From: Rhizophagus irregularis
Taxonomy: Eukaryota
DNA: 64,000 nt
NCBI RefSeq assembly: GCF_026210795.1
Contig: NC_089434.1
Span: 2,976,001-3,040,000 of the forward strand
Direction of reading: 5' to 3'
This document shows, piece after piece, positions 27,006 through 40,365 of this stretch. The translations under genes and the position numbers were made by a program. The notes beneath the pieces are model-generated. The model was not told the DNA's origin. It did no database searches and saw only the letters and a list, made by a program, of their open reading frames with translations. The first letter of the stretch is position 1. Every line of letters begins with the position of its first letter.

Positions 27006-28799
27006 TTACATCATTTTTTTTTTATTATGTCCATTACTCGTTTTACTAAATTGACTTTTTTCAACTAAAAGTGGTAAATTCTTTCCCATAAGATATAATT
27101 TATTCTTATATTCATTATTCACTTTAGTTTTTCCATATTTTAACATTTGTCTAGCAAAAATAAATCCTGTCATATATGCATCAAAATGTGCTGAATGATA
27201 CATATCAAATTGATCCGGTTTAGTTGAAGGTAAAAGAGTTGGTGGTTCTGATGCTGATACATATTCTGTTGATTGGTTAATATCTTTTGGTAATCGTTCC
27301 TGATTTTGATTCAATTTACGTTTTTTTCGTCTTGTTTCGGCCTCTCTTGCTTGTTCATCCAATATAAAATCTAAATCATGTGAATTTCCACATTTCATTC
27401 TTTGTTTACAAAATCCATGAAACTAATTAATGAATAAAATATTAGTATAACCAATTATATAAAATTTAATAAAATAACTATATATTCATAATTCTTACAG
27501 CATATTGTTCACAATACTTTATATTTTGGGATCGATTTAATACTTTCTTCTCGTTTGAATAAGATGAATTCTCAAACTGATTTGATTGAAGAATTTGATT
27601 GTTATAAGTGTTTTTAATATCTTCTTGAATTGATAAGAACAAATATTCTTTGTTGCCAGAAAACTTATTATCAACCTGTTCTCTTTCGTATCTAAAAAAA
27701 TTTTATTAATAGATAATTAATAAAATCGAACAATAAAAAAGTTTTTTTATATAAATATATAAAAAGACTTACTTGCGGAACAAATATGCTAAAAAACTAC
27801 TCTTTTCTCTTGTGACATAATCTGCTATATATTTTGTATCTACAATACCACCTAAAAACATTTCAGATAAATCCGCGATAAAGGTACTTAATTTACTTGG
27901 TAAATCAGCGTAAAAGGAATAATAAAGGTATATCAAATCAAAGAATCCATTATGCACAACAATAGGTACATTCCTTGATAGAATGTAAGAAAATATTGAT
28001 CGCATAATATTATTTGGATCCTTGAGGTTGGAATTTGACTAGTAGTAGAAAATTTTTAATTTAACTTATACTCACAATACTTTTTTAAAATGATTATTAT
28101 AAAAAAAATTTTGATCAAACCTTATCACATCCTGGAAAATATGGAATTCCTTTACGGATTTGCTTATTAAAATCGAATCCACTATCAGATAAGAACTGTA
28201 AACTTTGTGGGCTTATAATATGATCAACCTAGAATAAAAAAGTGATTATTAAATACGTGTAATACGTGCAAATTAATCCAATTTATTATATTAAAAGGAT
28301 ATTTACTTGACTTAAGAGACTGAAGTTAAAATTATGAACGTTATAACGTTTTTCCAAAGATTCAGACATTCTTTGTACATCATTTGTTACTTCTTCAAAT
28401 ATTGTGAGACCAAAAGCAACCAAGGCATGTGATCTAACGACTTTACATAAATTGACATAACGTTCTTCAATATTACTAAAGAAGTATAATACTTCCAAAA
28501 TTAATAAAAAAAATATAATAGTTATATAAACAGCATATGTATATGTATATTGTATATGTAAAATAAATTTAAAACACTTACGGAGCCTTAGTGTTAGCTT
28601 CTTTTCCACCTAGACCAGTAAACTCAGTATCCAAAGCTATGAAACTTGCAGAATTTAAAGCTTTTTCAATAATGTGCTGAATAGAAACCAAATTTTCTTT
28701 TGTAACATCCTAAAGCACAAAAAAAAAGGTAAGTTTAACTTTTAAAATACGAGTAAAATTTTGTAAACTTACAACGAAAGACAGAGATTTTGGTGGCAT
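27006..28799 (-). CDS. TOE1: TOE1-like CAF1-family (DEDD) exonuclease with CCCH zinc finger
   Basis: FIALDTEFTGLG, GFDFNKQ, VVHNGFFDLIYLY, DTKYIADY, CEQYAVHGFC...CGNSHDLD, HSAHFDAYMTGFIF. Confidence 0.88.
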
Positions 28800-29879
28800 G
28801 TTTTTTTAAAGATATCTAACAAACACGATCGAGAAGAAAAATACTCATGTGATTATTGTGACTTATGTGACGTTAATTATCATGTGATTCAAACAATGTT
28901 TTAAAGAATCGTATAAAGTTGGATGGATTCACCAAGCAAAAGCAAATGGTTAGATCGTTGATTGTTTAAAAGATTACTTCATTAATATTATCTTTAATAT
29001 CAATAAATTTTTAGAAATTTCGTATTAAAGACCTTATCTCTTTGTTTTATAATTCAAAGAATTTTTTATCTTTTAAAAAAATTAAAAATTAAAAATTAAT
29101 GGGTATACTCTATTCCGAATAACATTTTAAATTTCCTAACATTTTTATCTTAACAGTTAATCCATAAATAATCATTCCGGACAATTAAGTGATCTCATAT
29201 ATTCAAAATGAAACTTTTTTTGTCATTGATAATTTAATCCTTTCAAAAAATGGACTAAATTCTTTTTCAAATAATAACTTTATTTGTTTAAATAAAAATG
29301 AAATCATTTTTCATTTGTACATTTAAAGGAATTATAACAATGAACAAGAAGATAGCAGAATTTGCAATTATTTTTAGGTTCTGATGAAATTCGTAAAAGA
29401 AATTTTTTCGTGTAATTTATTTTTTTATTATAATAAATGATTCCTTTTTCGAAATTAAAAATTAATACACGACATATTAATAAATGCAAATACAAAATGC
29501 AAAGAAATGTGTATGACAATAAATTCCCACCTAAAAGATTACTAACATGCAGCAATTCTCATTCAATTTCTTGTTTAAGTAAATGATTTATGTAAATTTA
29601 AGGCTTCTCAATGCTTTGTTCTTTGTAAAGTTTATTCTCACGTAGATTCAATATTAAACCGAAAGTAGTGATGAGCAGCAGCAGCATGCAATATGATAAT
29701 TATAATAATTACAAGTTATTTAACCAGTCGTAAGAAAATCTAACAATCTAAAGGGGGTTAACTTTATATGAACATTTTCTATATAATGAATAAAATTTCT
29801 AAATTGAGACTTAATGGTTAAGAAAAAACTAATTGTTCCTTTGATACCTTGTATAAAAACGATTGTTTAAGAAAAAAAT

Positions 29880-30681
29880 ATGTTTCGTAATTTGTACCGA
29901 GTTTTTCCGAGTTCCGTATCAGCATCAACTACAAATACGACCCTGATCTCGCTGAAATTGTTGAAATCAAATTCAAATTCTTTACGTCGATCATCATCTT
30001 CACAAACTTCTTCTCTAAAACACTCTACAATGTCTGCTGAAGTATTTTATAACCTTGAAACCCCTGATATTAAAAAGAATCCTTTTAACTTTTCAGCTTG
30101 GAAAGGAAATGTTGTATTGCTCGTTAATGTAGCATCAAAATGTGGTTATACTCCACAATATTCTGGTCTTGAAAGTCTTTATAATAAATATAAAGACCAA
30201 GGTTTAGTTGTCGCTGGTCTTCCTTGCAATCAATTTGGTGCTCAAGAACCAGGAACTGAAGAAGGTAAATTTTTATTAGATCTCAAAAGAATTTTATTGA
30301 CGTGTAAATTTAATACTTTTATTTTTTCTCTTTTTTTATTAAAAAAAAAAAAAGAAATTGTATCCTTCTGTTCCGCCACCTATAATGTTACCTTCCCATT
30401 ATTTGCAAAAATTGATGTTAATGGTGAAAATGAATCACCCGTTTATAAATATTTAAAATCTCAACAACCTGGTGATATTAAATGGAATTTTGAAAAATTC
30501 TTGATCGATAAAAGTGGTAAAGTTGTTAAAAAATATACTTCTTCCGTTAAGGTTAGTAAAGAAAAAATTTGAAATTTTTCTTCTCTATTTTAATAAAAGA
30601 AATTTTATTCATAATAATTTGATTTTTGATTTCTAGCCTGAAGAAATCTCATCCGATATTGAAAACTTAATTAAGGAGTAA
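29880..30681 (+). CDS. Cys-type glutathione peroxidase family protein with N-terminal presequence-like extension; introns 30265-30354 and ~30552-30636
   Basis: LLVNVASKCGYT (TGT Cys), PCNQFGAQEPG, FAKIDVNG, IKWNFEKFL. Confidence 0.95.
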
Positions 30682-31024
30682 AACGATGCATTTTTTTTTA
30701 TTGATTTATTTGATCACTGTTTTTTTTTGTTAAATATTATTTTATTCATATTAATTTCATATATTACTTACTCTATTAAATGTATAAGAATATCTAAATA
30801 AAATTTTTGATTTTTATAAAACGGTTGTTGTGAAAAGCATATTTTTGTTCCCATTGAAAATCAAATCTGCATTACGTCACCTCTGCTAAGCCACCGATGT
30901 CCGATCTGATTATGATAAAAAAAAAATTTTTCGTGTCGTCATCAGGATTTTTTTTTTTGTTGTTTAAAAAAAACCGAAACTCAAAAAAATAAAAGTTTCG
31001 TAATAGAAGACTTTCATCATTACC

Positions 31025-31587
31025 ATGCTTAAAACTTCAAATTTATTAAAACCTACTTTTTTGAAACGATCAAATGTAATTCTTCGTCATTCGTATGGAC
31101 AATGTATTCGTAATATGAGTACTCAACAAGCCAAAAGTTCTAAAGGCGTTTTATCTAAAATTACAGGTACTTTTTTTTAAAAAATTAAATAAATAAATAA
31201 ATAAAAAGTTGCTTTTAAAATTCGTTTAAATTTCATCATTTTCAATTTTTATTTCTTTTTGTTTTTTATTTTCTCTCGTTTTTTTTTTCAACAAATTTAA
31301 TATATATTTTTTTTAAAAAAAAAGGTTTACAAGAACCAATCGTATACAATGTAAAAGTATTCAATGAAATTGCAAAAGAAGTTTATACTAAAGAAAATCT
31401 TGGTCCACCTAATAAAGCTCAAATTTCTGAAGCTTGGGAAAATCTTAAATCTATTCGATGGAAAAATTTTAGTGATTTAGGTCCAAATGATTTTTTAAAA
31501 TTTGGTATACGTAGTATTGAAGTAGCTGGATTCTTTGCTTTAGGTGAAATTATTGGTAGATTTAGTATAATTGGATATAATATTTAA
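31025..31587 (+). CDS. ATP20: Mitochondrial ATP synthase subunit g; intron 31167-31324
   Basis: Basic presequence, then EPIVYNVKVFNEIAKEVYTKENLGPP ... EVAGFFALGEIIGRFSIIGYNI*. Confidence 0.92.
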
Positions 31588-31738
31588 AGAATAATATAAT
31601 TTTTTTTTTTAAAAAAAAAAAAGAATTAATTTCTCTTTCAAAAAAAGAAAAAAAAAATTGCAATTAAAAAAATTTTTTTTTTTATAAAAAAAAAAGAAAA
31701 CCAGAGTCATTCTTATTATTAAAAGAACAAATTTCATA

Positions 31739-32127
31739 TCACGATTTCTTATCATCCGTTGTTAAATTATTGGAATTTTCTCTAGAAAACTCTTGCTTTT
31801 TTTTAAAAAAATATATAAATAAAAAAAAAAGATATGTTATTAAAAGATAGAATAAAAAAACATATTTTTTTTATTTTTATTATTTTTTTGACCAACCAAT
31901 TTTCGACGCGTAACATTTTCTTTACTTTGACTAAATCTTCGATTCATAATTACGCCTGCTCCAATAAATGAATATACTATAAAGAAACATGAAATTCATT
32001 AATTCTTATATGATAAACTGAAATTTTTTATATGAAACATAAAATTATAAAAATTACCTGTAATACCAGCTAATACTACAATCAAAGATCTATGAGCAAC
32101 ATTTGTAATTTTATTTCCAAGTGTCAT
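31739..32127 (-). CDS. Small single-TM protein resembling cytochrome c oxidase assembly factor COX14 (probably 3 exons)
   Basis: Spliced MTLGNKITNVAHRSLIVVLAGIT|VYSFIGAGVIMNRRFSQSKENVTRRKL|QEFSRENSNNLTTDDKKS*; GT-AG introns 31977-32057 and 31796-31896. Confidence 0.65.
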
Positions 32128-32360
32128 TATTTTTTTTTATGGGGAAAAAAGGTTTATACGTTGCAATTTTGCAAATTAAAAAAATTTAAAAATTTTTTTG
32201 AATCGATCAAATTAATTAAACCAGATAAAATTATCACGTGAATAAAAAAGGGTTTAACGAAATAGGATAGTCGATCACCAATTTGTGGTAAATAGTGATT
32301 TTATTTTATTATTAAATAAATATAAAAATACAATTTTCTTAAAAAATAAGAAATATTCTT

Positions 32361-32824
32361 TTAATTCTGTGGTTTCCTGCCAACCATTAAATACATTGGA
32401 GTAAAGATTCCTAATTTACCGCCTTCAACTAAACAATCGCCTGCAGTTTCAAGTACGATTTGAGTTTGAAAAGAGCCTGCTGGAGCTATACCAACTTTTT
32501 CTAATCCTCCAACCTAAAATAATTTTTTTGTTAATTTAAAATATGCTTATTTGTTTAAAAAATCAACTCACTTGTTTATATGCTTACCAAAGCTCTAGTA
32601 CAAAATTTGCCAAAGTGCGTCATACGAAAAACGCTAAAATAATCCCAAAGACATTGAGCCTTCCTAATATCGCCTTCTAATGGATAATACCAAGGAATAG
32701 TATCATCATTTAAAGCCATATCCTCGGCAGAAACAACTTCAAATCCAACATTTTTTAAAGATTGTAATGCAACTGAAGTTTTAAACAATTCTGGAATACC
32801 GTCAGCATACTTAAAATGAAAGCG

Positions 32825-32858
<34 letters not shown>

Positions 32859-33855
32859 TAAAAAAAGGTAAATGATTTACGCGTGATATTATAAAATTAT
32901 AAGTTATCAATATTAAATTATAAAGTTATCAATAAAATTACCTCAACGCCACGTATAATTCTTCTGTGTTCAGGGTCGTTTGGATCATATTTATCAGTTA
33001 CACACCATTCATAAAATGCAAAGGTACCACCAGGTTTTAGAACACGAAATACTTCTCCATAAACTCCTTCCAACTTAGGTGCATGACATGTGGCTTCAAT
33101 TGCATAGACCGCATCAAAACTATTATCTTCAAATGGCATTTCCATAAAATTACCTTTAATAAAGTTTGTCTTGTTCTCTAGCCCTATTCTGGCCGCCGAT
33201 CGAATTGCACGGCTAATTTGATAATCATTATTATTTATACCGGTAATATGAGCTCCGCTAAATTGGCAAATTTCACGTGCAGGTCCACCTTAAATCAGAA
33301 AAAAATGGTCAAGATTTCTTGGGGGAAAAAAAGGGGGGGAAATTTTTTTAAGGGGATATTTACCAACACCACAACCAACATCCAAGACTTTCATTCCTGA
33401 CTTAATGTTCAATTGCACAGCTAAATAATGTTCATGACGCGCAATAGCTTGGTAAAAGTTTTCACCAGGATAAAACCGACAAAAGTGAAAACTTTCGCCC
33501 CAACCATACTAATTAAAGGAAGTAAAAAAAAAAAAAAATTTTTATATTAAATTTAATTGTTTCATTTTATTAAAACATAATTTTATTAATAAAATACCTC
33601 ATAAAAATCAGTGGCAATATTATAATAAGCATTGGTCATATTAGTATAATTGGAACGTCTAGCTTCCTTCGTTTCTTCACTTTCCGTCATAGGATCTTTG
33701 TCGACCCAATATTTCATATAATTATTAACAACATTTTCAAAGGCTTCCTTGTCCTTTGAAGTAATTTTTGCAAGTAAACCACCATGTTCAGATTCATGGT
33801 TATGTAATGTCTTCGAAAAGGCCAAATCTTCTTCAAAAGATTGTGGGGGAGACAT
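32361..33855 (-). CDS. ERG6: Sterol 24-C-methyltransferase
   Basis: [69 protein letters not shown]. Confidence 0.97.
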
Positions 33856-34227
33856 TTTGTTATTAATAATTGAATTGAAGATATTGATGTGACGGTTATA
33901 ATGGCGTTACGGTAAATAAAAGGAAAAAAGACACAATTTATATCATACTACATTTTTTTTTTTTGGGAAGAGCATGGCTGGATGTGAGACAAGTATTCGA
34001 AAGATGTTCAACCAAATATTGGGGAAATTTAATTTATTATCAAGATAATATGTGGTCATTATAACAACACGTGAATTTGGAAATAAATAGATAAGTATCT
34101 AATCTGAGACTGATCAGCTTGTGACGAATTATAGTGTCACATATTTTAAAGAAGATCAATTTAGATCTATACCTCTAAACAAAAAAAAAAGTTTTTCCTT
34201 AATTTTATGTAAAAAAAAAACCTAACA

Positions 34228-35478
34228 ATGGTAAGTACAAGAAATTTCAAAAAAGTATTTTTTTTTGTTTCTCACGAAAAAAGCTAATAACTTTTTTAGT
34301 CAGGTAATACAGGGACATCCTCACATCAATCAAAAAAAGTTGTGACTAAAGATGATTGGGTTAAGAAATTAGAAGACGTTAAAATTGATAAAAAGTAAAA
34401 GCTACTATTTTATATTTAAATGATCAAATATAGAAAGAAAAATTCTTTTATTTGCATTAAACATAACTAAATGATTTAAATGATTTTATTTTATATTTTG
34501 TAGTGATCTTAATAAACTTATAATGAATTATTTCGTGATCGAAGGATATAAAGACGCTGCCGAAACGTTCAGTCAAGAGTGTGGTCTATTACCAAGCATT
34601 GATGTTGATTCTATACAAGATCGTATGAATATTCGAAATGCCATACAAAATGGAAATGTTGAAGAAGCAATTGAACGTGTAAATGATTTAAATCCAGAGG
34701 TAATATATACATGATTTTATGTCTTTTATAACGAATTAAAAAAAAAACAAAAAACAATGATTAGCGAAGTGTTCATGCACCACTCTTAGGACTTTATTTA
34801 AGTCAATGATGAAAATTACACATCATTCAGTCTTCAATATGAGTTTTTTAATTAGTTAATATACAAAAAAAAAAATTAGAACAATATTTCATTAATATTG
34901 TGTCCCAATTGTGGAAAATATCTTGAATTAGATATTGGATACAAATCCAAAATTATATTTTCATCTCCAACAGCAACGATTAATAGAATATATTCGTGAA
35001 GGAAAAATAGCTGAAGCTTTAGAATTTGCTCAAGACGAATTGGCTCCTCGTGGAGAAGAAAATGTGATTATTTATTTTTCTCAATTGAAATTTGAATTAT
35101 ATATATATATATATTTTTTTTTTATTAAATTTTATTGTTTATTTATGATAATAGCCAGAATTCTTAGAAGAACTGGAACGCACTATGGCATTATTAGCAT
35201 TTGACGATACAACAGTTTCTCCCGTTGGTGATTTACTACATCCCTCACAACGTCAACGAACAGCGAGTGAATTAAATGCAGCAATCTTAACTTCACAAAG
35301 TCAAGAGAAAGATCCCAAATTACCGAACATGTTAAAAATGTTGTTCTGGGCTCAAGATGAATTGGATGAAAAGGTTTTATTTCCTAAAATGAAAAATCTT
35401 GTCACTGCGGAGCTGGTTGAAGGTAACAATAATAATAATAACACGACAAATTCGGGAAATAATTTTTTGTCTACTTAA
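34228..35478 (+). CDS. GID8: GID/CTLH complex subunit Gid8/TWA1 (LisH-CTLH-CRA); first coding exon is the ATG only
   Basis: [66 protein letters not shown]. Confidence 0.95.
34750..34848 (+). ncRNA. Intronic box C/D snoRNA, snR40/U32-like guide, in GID8 intron 34700-34931
   Basis: Terminal stem aaaaac/gttttt; box C ATGATTA 34757, guide CATGCACCAC 34774-34783, D' CTTA, gactt/aagtc hairpin, C' ATGATGA 34806, second guide AGTCTTCAAT, box D ATGA 34839. Confidence 0.8.
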
Positions 35479-35877
35479 TAATGGAAAAGAATTTGAAAAG
35501 ATTATTTTATCTTTTTCCTTCCTTTCTTTTTCTTTTCCTTTTTCCTTTTTTGTTTTATTTATTTTATGGATATTTACAATTTATTTTACAATAAGATAAC
35601 CTTTTTTATTCGTAGTTAAAAATATTAAGAACTACGGGAACACGGCCATTAGAAAAATTGGTAGATATTCAGAAATGCGTTATTAATTTGAAATAGTTTG
35701 AAGGGGGGAGGGGGTTTTTTCCGAAAATAATTTTATTAAAATTCTGTAATATGAAAGATGAACAAAAAACGTATATATAATATATATATATATATATTAT
35801 ATATATTATATTTTTATCACAACTTCAAAATTTGTAATATTAGAATCATGTATCTATAATGAATTAATAGTAAAATT

Positions 35878-36685
35878 CTAATCCCATTTAATTACGTCCG
35901 GATGTGTTTTATAAGTTTCATATGCTTCACGATTGAAAAAAGAAATTTCTGTTTCATTTTCTTTTTTTTTATTTTTTTTAAAAAAAAAATGTGTAAATAA
36001 ATATATGTATGTATATATTTATTACTACTGAGATAAGAAAACTATACATACCAATACCACATGAAGCCAAATTATCATCATCATTTGAAAAAATCATATT
36101 TTCGTCATCTTCCATGTTTATAATCAAGCTTTGTGTCTAATAATTTAATATATGTTACATTTAATTATGATTAATTAGAAGAAAAAGAAAATACTTATAA
36201 AAAACCATTTTTTTTTACTTTAGCTCCGTGGGCCTTTGTATAAAGTTTTAACGTATCTTAAGAAAATTCACGTGATATATGTGTATACATATTAAAAGTG
36301 TATCGGTTTTTAACAATAAATTAATGACTTTATCATATATCATATTCACCATAATTCACATTACGAAAAGGTTTTAATCCGGGTGTAGAATTTATCTCTA
36401 ATTTATGTTATTAAAAGAAAAATATATATATTTGTATATATAAATTATATACAGTATATACACAACATTTATTTATGATTTAATATTTTTTGAATTTGTA
36501 ATAAAAAAAAAAGACGTACTCTCAATTATTAATTCTTTTAATTCTTTAAAAGTTGTTGTTTCTAAATTTATATGTTGTAAAACAAGATTTTTAATGGTAC
36601 GATACTCAAAATTTTTTATTATACGTATTGTTATTGTTGAAGAAGTTGTTGGATTAAGAGTATTCGTTAATGGCTCGGATGCCAT
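35878..36685 (-). CDS. UPF0538 / C2orf76 (AIM29)-like ubiquitin-fold protein
   Basis: TITIRIIKNFEYRTIKNLVL, DTLKLYTKAHGAKTQSLIINMED, GIENETEISFFNREAY...KW. Confidence 0.88.
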
Positions 36686-37389
36686 TATTATGAAGATTTT
36701 TTATTTTTTTTTTAAGATAAAAAATTTTTTACCTTTAACATTTGAAGATCTTTATCAACAAAACTTTTAACGCCTTTTTTTGGCACAGTACTGCCTTTTA
36801 TATATTTATACTTTGATTATTCTTGATTATAATAATCAAACGGAAAACCTTGAAAAGAGAAAGGCCGAACTATTTTTTTTTTTTTAAGGGGTGTTATTAT
36901 GTCAGTAATTAAATAATGCAGGCTGAATAATTTAAGGCGGTTTTTATTATTATTATTCAAACAAATAAATAATACTCGTTAGTTACATCATCGAAGTAGT
37001 TATATATCGAATCAGTGTACTTTCTCTATCAACAGCTAGTTAATTACCCTTTCCTTTCTTTAAGAAAACAAAGATCTCAGAAATTTTGGAGATAAATAAA
37101 GGATTTTTATTTATTTATTTTTTACTAGCATTAACCCTATAAAAAAAAACTCTAGTTTTGTTCCGAAGAAACTCAGACACGTGATCATTTTTCTGAAAAA
37201 TTTTTTATAGGAAAAAAAAATAAATTCATCTCTTTATTTAATGAAAAGCATAATTTCATCATTGTTTAAATTAGGTAAATTTTACAACAAAATAAGCATT
37301 TTTATTTATATTTTAAACCTATAGGTTTATATAGTAAATGCTGGTCAAAATTATGGAAATCTCTCATGATTCAAATATATTAATATTTT

Positions 37390-38200
37390 TAACATTGATG
37401 GATCTTTTCAATCTCATCATTAAGAGTTTTGGGTTTAGAAGTATTAGAAGTATTACAACGTCTTATGATTAATATTATTAAATTATAGTAGTTAAAAATA
37501 CAGGAATGCCAACACCCAAATTAATTTTTAAAATAATATCTTCAGTTGTTAAAGGAGAATTATAAACAGTAGTAGGAAGTGTTGATATAAAAGTTGTAGA
37601 AGGATTTGAAAGAGTTGAAGGTTCATATACATATAAGAACCCAAGAACCACCACAAATTTGAGAATTATTTCCTGGACAACTAGCACTACAATATTCTGA
37701 ACCTAAATGTCGTCCTACACCACCATCATAGAAATCACCACAAAAACATTGAACTCTTGCTTCTAATCCAGCCTTGACAATAATCTATACATTCATTAAC
37801 CGTCATTGTTTCAAGTGAATTGCATTTACCACCCAAGATTCTTTTACCGCGAACCTTATACATCTTTTAGAATATACATTATATTTAGTTTTTCTTCAAT
37901 GGTTATTTTTGAAGGTGGAGTGTAATATTATATTTCAGCCTTATAAACTGTATAAGCTCCTTTTCCACCATATGGGTAGGTTACATCACCTTTTAAGTAG
38001 TAATAGTGCAATATACATTACACTTTTACCTTAATATAAGATTGGAGTGCATTTTTATATCCACAGCGTTAGTTGGTAGTTGGTACCATTCTCCAAAGCA
38101 GCATAATCAAACATAAGATCGATAGGAAATGTTAAACCGGCTCTGCAAGACCATTAAACGTATCAATAGACGAATTGTTATTAAAACATAACAACCTACA
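37390..38200 (-). pseudogene. Decayed WSC-domain membrane protein gene
   Basis: Fragments IDTFNGL, VTYPYGGKGAYTVYKAE, GLEARVQCFCG, LKINLGVGIPVFL interrupted by frameshifts, deletions and stops. Confidence 0.85.
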
Positions 38201-39378
38201 TATAATGAATCGATTTATACTATATATAACGAAAATTTGATTAATAATTTACTAAATATGAATAATAAATAAATCTATATTTAGAAGACTAGTCACTAAT
38301 ATTAATTTTTGAAACAAATTCACTAATTCTTTAAAAAACATTTGATATTGGTAAGGGAGAAAACATTGTTTGGGGGCTACATTTAAGAAGGATTAGATAA
38401 TAATGTTCGATAATAAGAAGTGTACAAAACGCCATATTTATACGAGCTTTATAAGCGGTGGTAAACTTTTTTAAATACTGCGGGTGTTTCATAATCTAGT
38501 CCAATTATTACTGTATCTATGCTTCATTATTTTACCATAAAAGGTTCTGATTTTTGGATTTGCTGTGACTAAAGGATATCATTGTTTTGGTGATCATTAA
38601 TACACTCGTCTTTTATTGTTACATGTTTATTTGTTCTCGATTGGCAATATTACTAATTTTAGAAACTTTATTTAGGTGCTACCGTAAGAGAAAATTACAA
38701 GATGAGAATACATTTATGCAATTTTCAAATGATAATCATGCTGATTCATGCATCCTGGAATCTTGCGACTCATGCAACTCATGCAACCACTGTTTCATAT
38801 TTTCAATACTAACATCAAATGACATTACTAGTGAATGCGAAGACTTTTTCTCAAAGTTTCAGCAAAAAATTACAAAAAGTTCAATAATACATAATTACAT
38901 ATTAATTTATTTTTAATTTCGTTGATATCAACCCTTTTTTTTTAATTGATCTAAAAATTTCACGAATAAATGAATCTCTTTAAATTTAATTTGTTATGTA
39001 AAAGGTAATGTAAGATAAAAAAAAAGGAAATTGCTAGATCTCGTATGTGATATTCAAAAAATATAACATCATCTTATTTGTGCTTTCTTTGGTAAAGATT
39101 ACGATTTTCTTTTTTTTTTCTTTTGTTAATATATGAATTCTCTTAAAAATATTTACATTCTGTTTTCATTCAAACCTTTGGGCGATGAATAGTTATAATT
39201 AGTTATATAATTCATTATTAACACTTGATTTACTTTACAATAAACGAAAAGATTAACTATTTAAGAGTAAAAATGCTACTAATACAATCTAAAATAAATG
39301 ACTATAATTACTGATTACTAAAATTACAGATATAATTTATCATATTTCCTTTAAAAATGAATAATGATAAAGTCAGAA

Positions 39379-40365
39379 TCATCGATGGGCCTTATCATTA
39401 TCATCTTCATAATTATCATTTTCGTCATTGTCATCTTCATCGTATTCATTTTTATTATGCCTTGAGCGTCTTCTGATGAATAAAAACGCGATTACAATGA
39501 CTACAATTATAAATGCAGGAATTCCAATACTCAGGCCGATTTTTAAACCAGTAGTATCAGTAGTATCATCAGCAGGAAGAGGAAGTGGAACTTCATATAA
39601 ACTTAGAGCCCAAATGCCTCCACAAATCTGAGAATTATTACCCGGACAACTAGCTCTACACTGTTCTGAACCTATGAGTCGATTTATGCTGTTATAGGAA
39701 TTGCCACAAAAACATTGAGTTCTTGCTTCAAGTCCAGCAAATTTATAATTATCTTTACGACAATTATCTATACATTCATCAACTGTCATAGATTCAGATG
39801 ACAAACAACTATTGCCTAAGACTCTTTTACCGCAATATTTATCATCCTGAATACATCCTTTGTAGTAAGGATACATTTTTTTATCCTTATCAATGTTGTA
39901 CATAATATTGAGTTTGTCCTCAATAGTAATATTGTAAGGTGGGGTGTAATATTGTAATTCGGCTTTATAAATTGTATAAGCTCCCTTTCCGCCACATGGA
40001 TAAGTCACTTTGCCGGTTAAAGTATTAGAAGTACACAATATATTGCACGTATTGTCGTCATCAACCTTTGTATAAGATTGAAGAGCATCGGCATATCCAC
40101 AACGACAGTTAATACCATTCTCCACAGCAGCATAATTAAATTTAAGATCTATGCAAGTTTTAAGGCAAAATCCTACAATACGATTATTTTGAGTAGTGTA
40201 AGGATCAGGGAATATTAAACTAGGTCTGCTCGGACTGTTCAACATTGCAAGACCATTGAATTTATCATAAGTAGAATTGTTACGAACAAAACACCCTATT
40301 GGAGAGACTTGAGGATCTTGTCTGAGAATCTCACCATTTTCATCACATTTGTCAATACATGCCAT
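39379..40365 (-). CDS. Double-WSC-domain single-pass membrane protein (copy A), intronless
   Basis: Two Cys-patterned WSC domains (GC...C..TC...YAAVENG.NC.CG...C...C...CGG; YKGC...MTVDEC...C...AGLE..QCFCG...C...CPGN..QICGG), TM IGLSIGIPAFIIVVIVIAFLFI followed by RRR. Confidence 0.9.
   Translation of the reverse strand: MACIDKCDENGEILRQDPQVSPIGCFVRNNSTYDKFNGLAMLNSPSRPSLIFPDPYTTQNNRIVGFCLKTCIDLKFNYAAVENGINCRCGYADALQSYTKVDDDNTCNILCTSNTLTGKVTYPCGGKGAYTIYKAELQYYTPPYNITIEDKLNIMYNIDKDKKMYPYYKGCIQDDKYCGKRVLGNSCLSSESMTVDECIDNCRKDNYKFAGLEARTQCFCGNSYNSINRLIGSEQCRASCPGNNSQICGGIWALSLYEVPLPLPADDTTDTTGLKIGLSIGIPAFIIVVIVIAFLFIRRRSRHNKNEYDEDDNDENDNYEDDNDKAHR

Noticed and set aside
24106..28799. ESS2 + TOE1 as a functional splicing gene cluster
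   Set aside because: Adjacency of two RNA-processing genes is easily chance; there is no evidence of co-regulation in the sequence
30130..30150. Selenocysteine GPx
   Set aside because: The active-site codon is TGT (Cys), not TGA
30359..30370. GTATCCTT as a U12 GT-AG donor
   Set aside because: Lies within the conserved GPx exon (IVSFC) and has no downstream U12 branch site
38587..38916. 109-aa Cys-containing ORF
   Set aside because: The paralogous sequence in units 2 and 3 carries indels that break the frame, so it is intergenic
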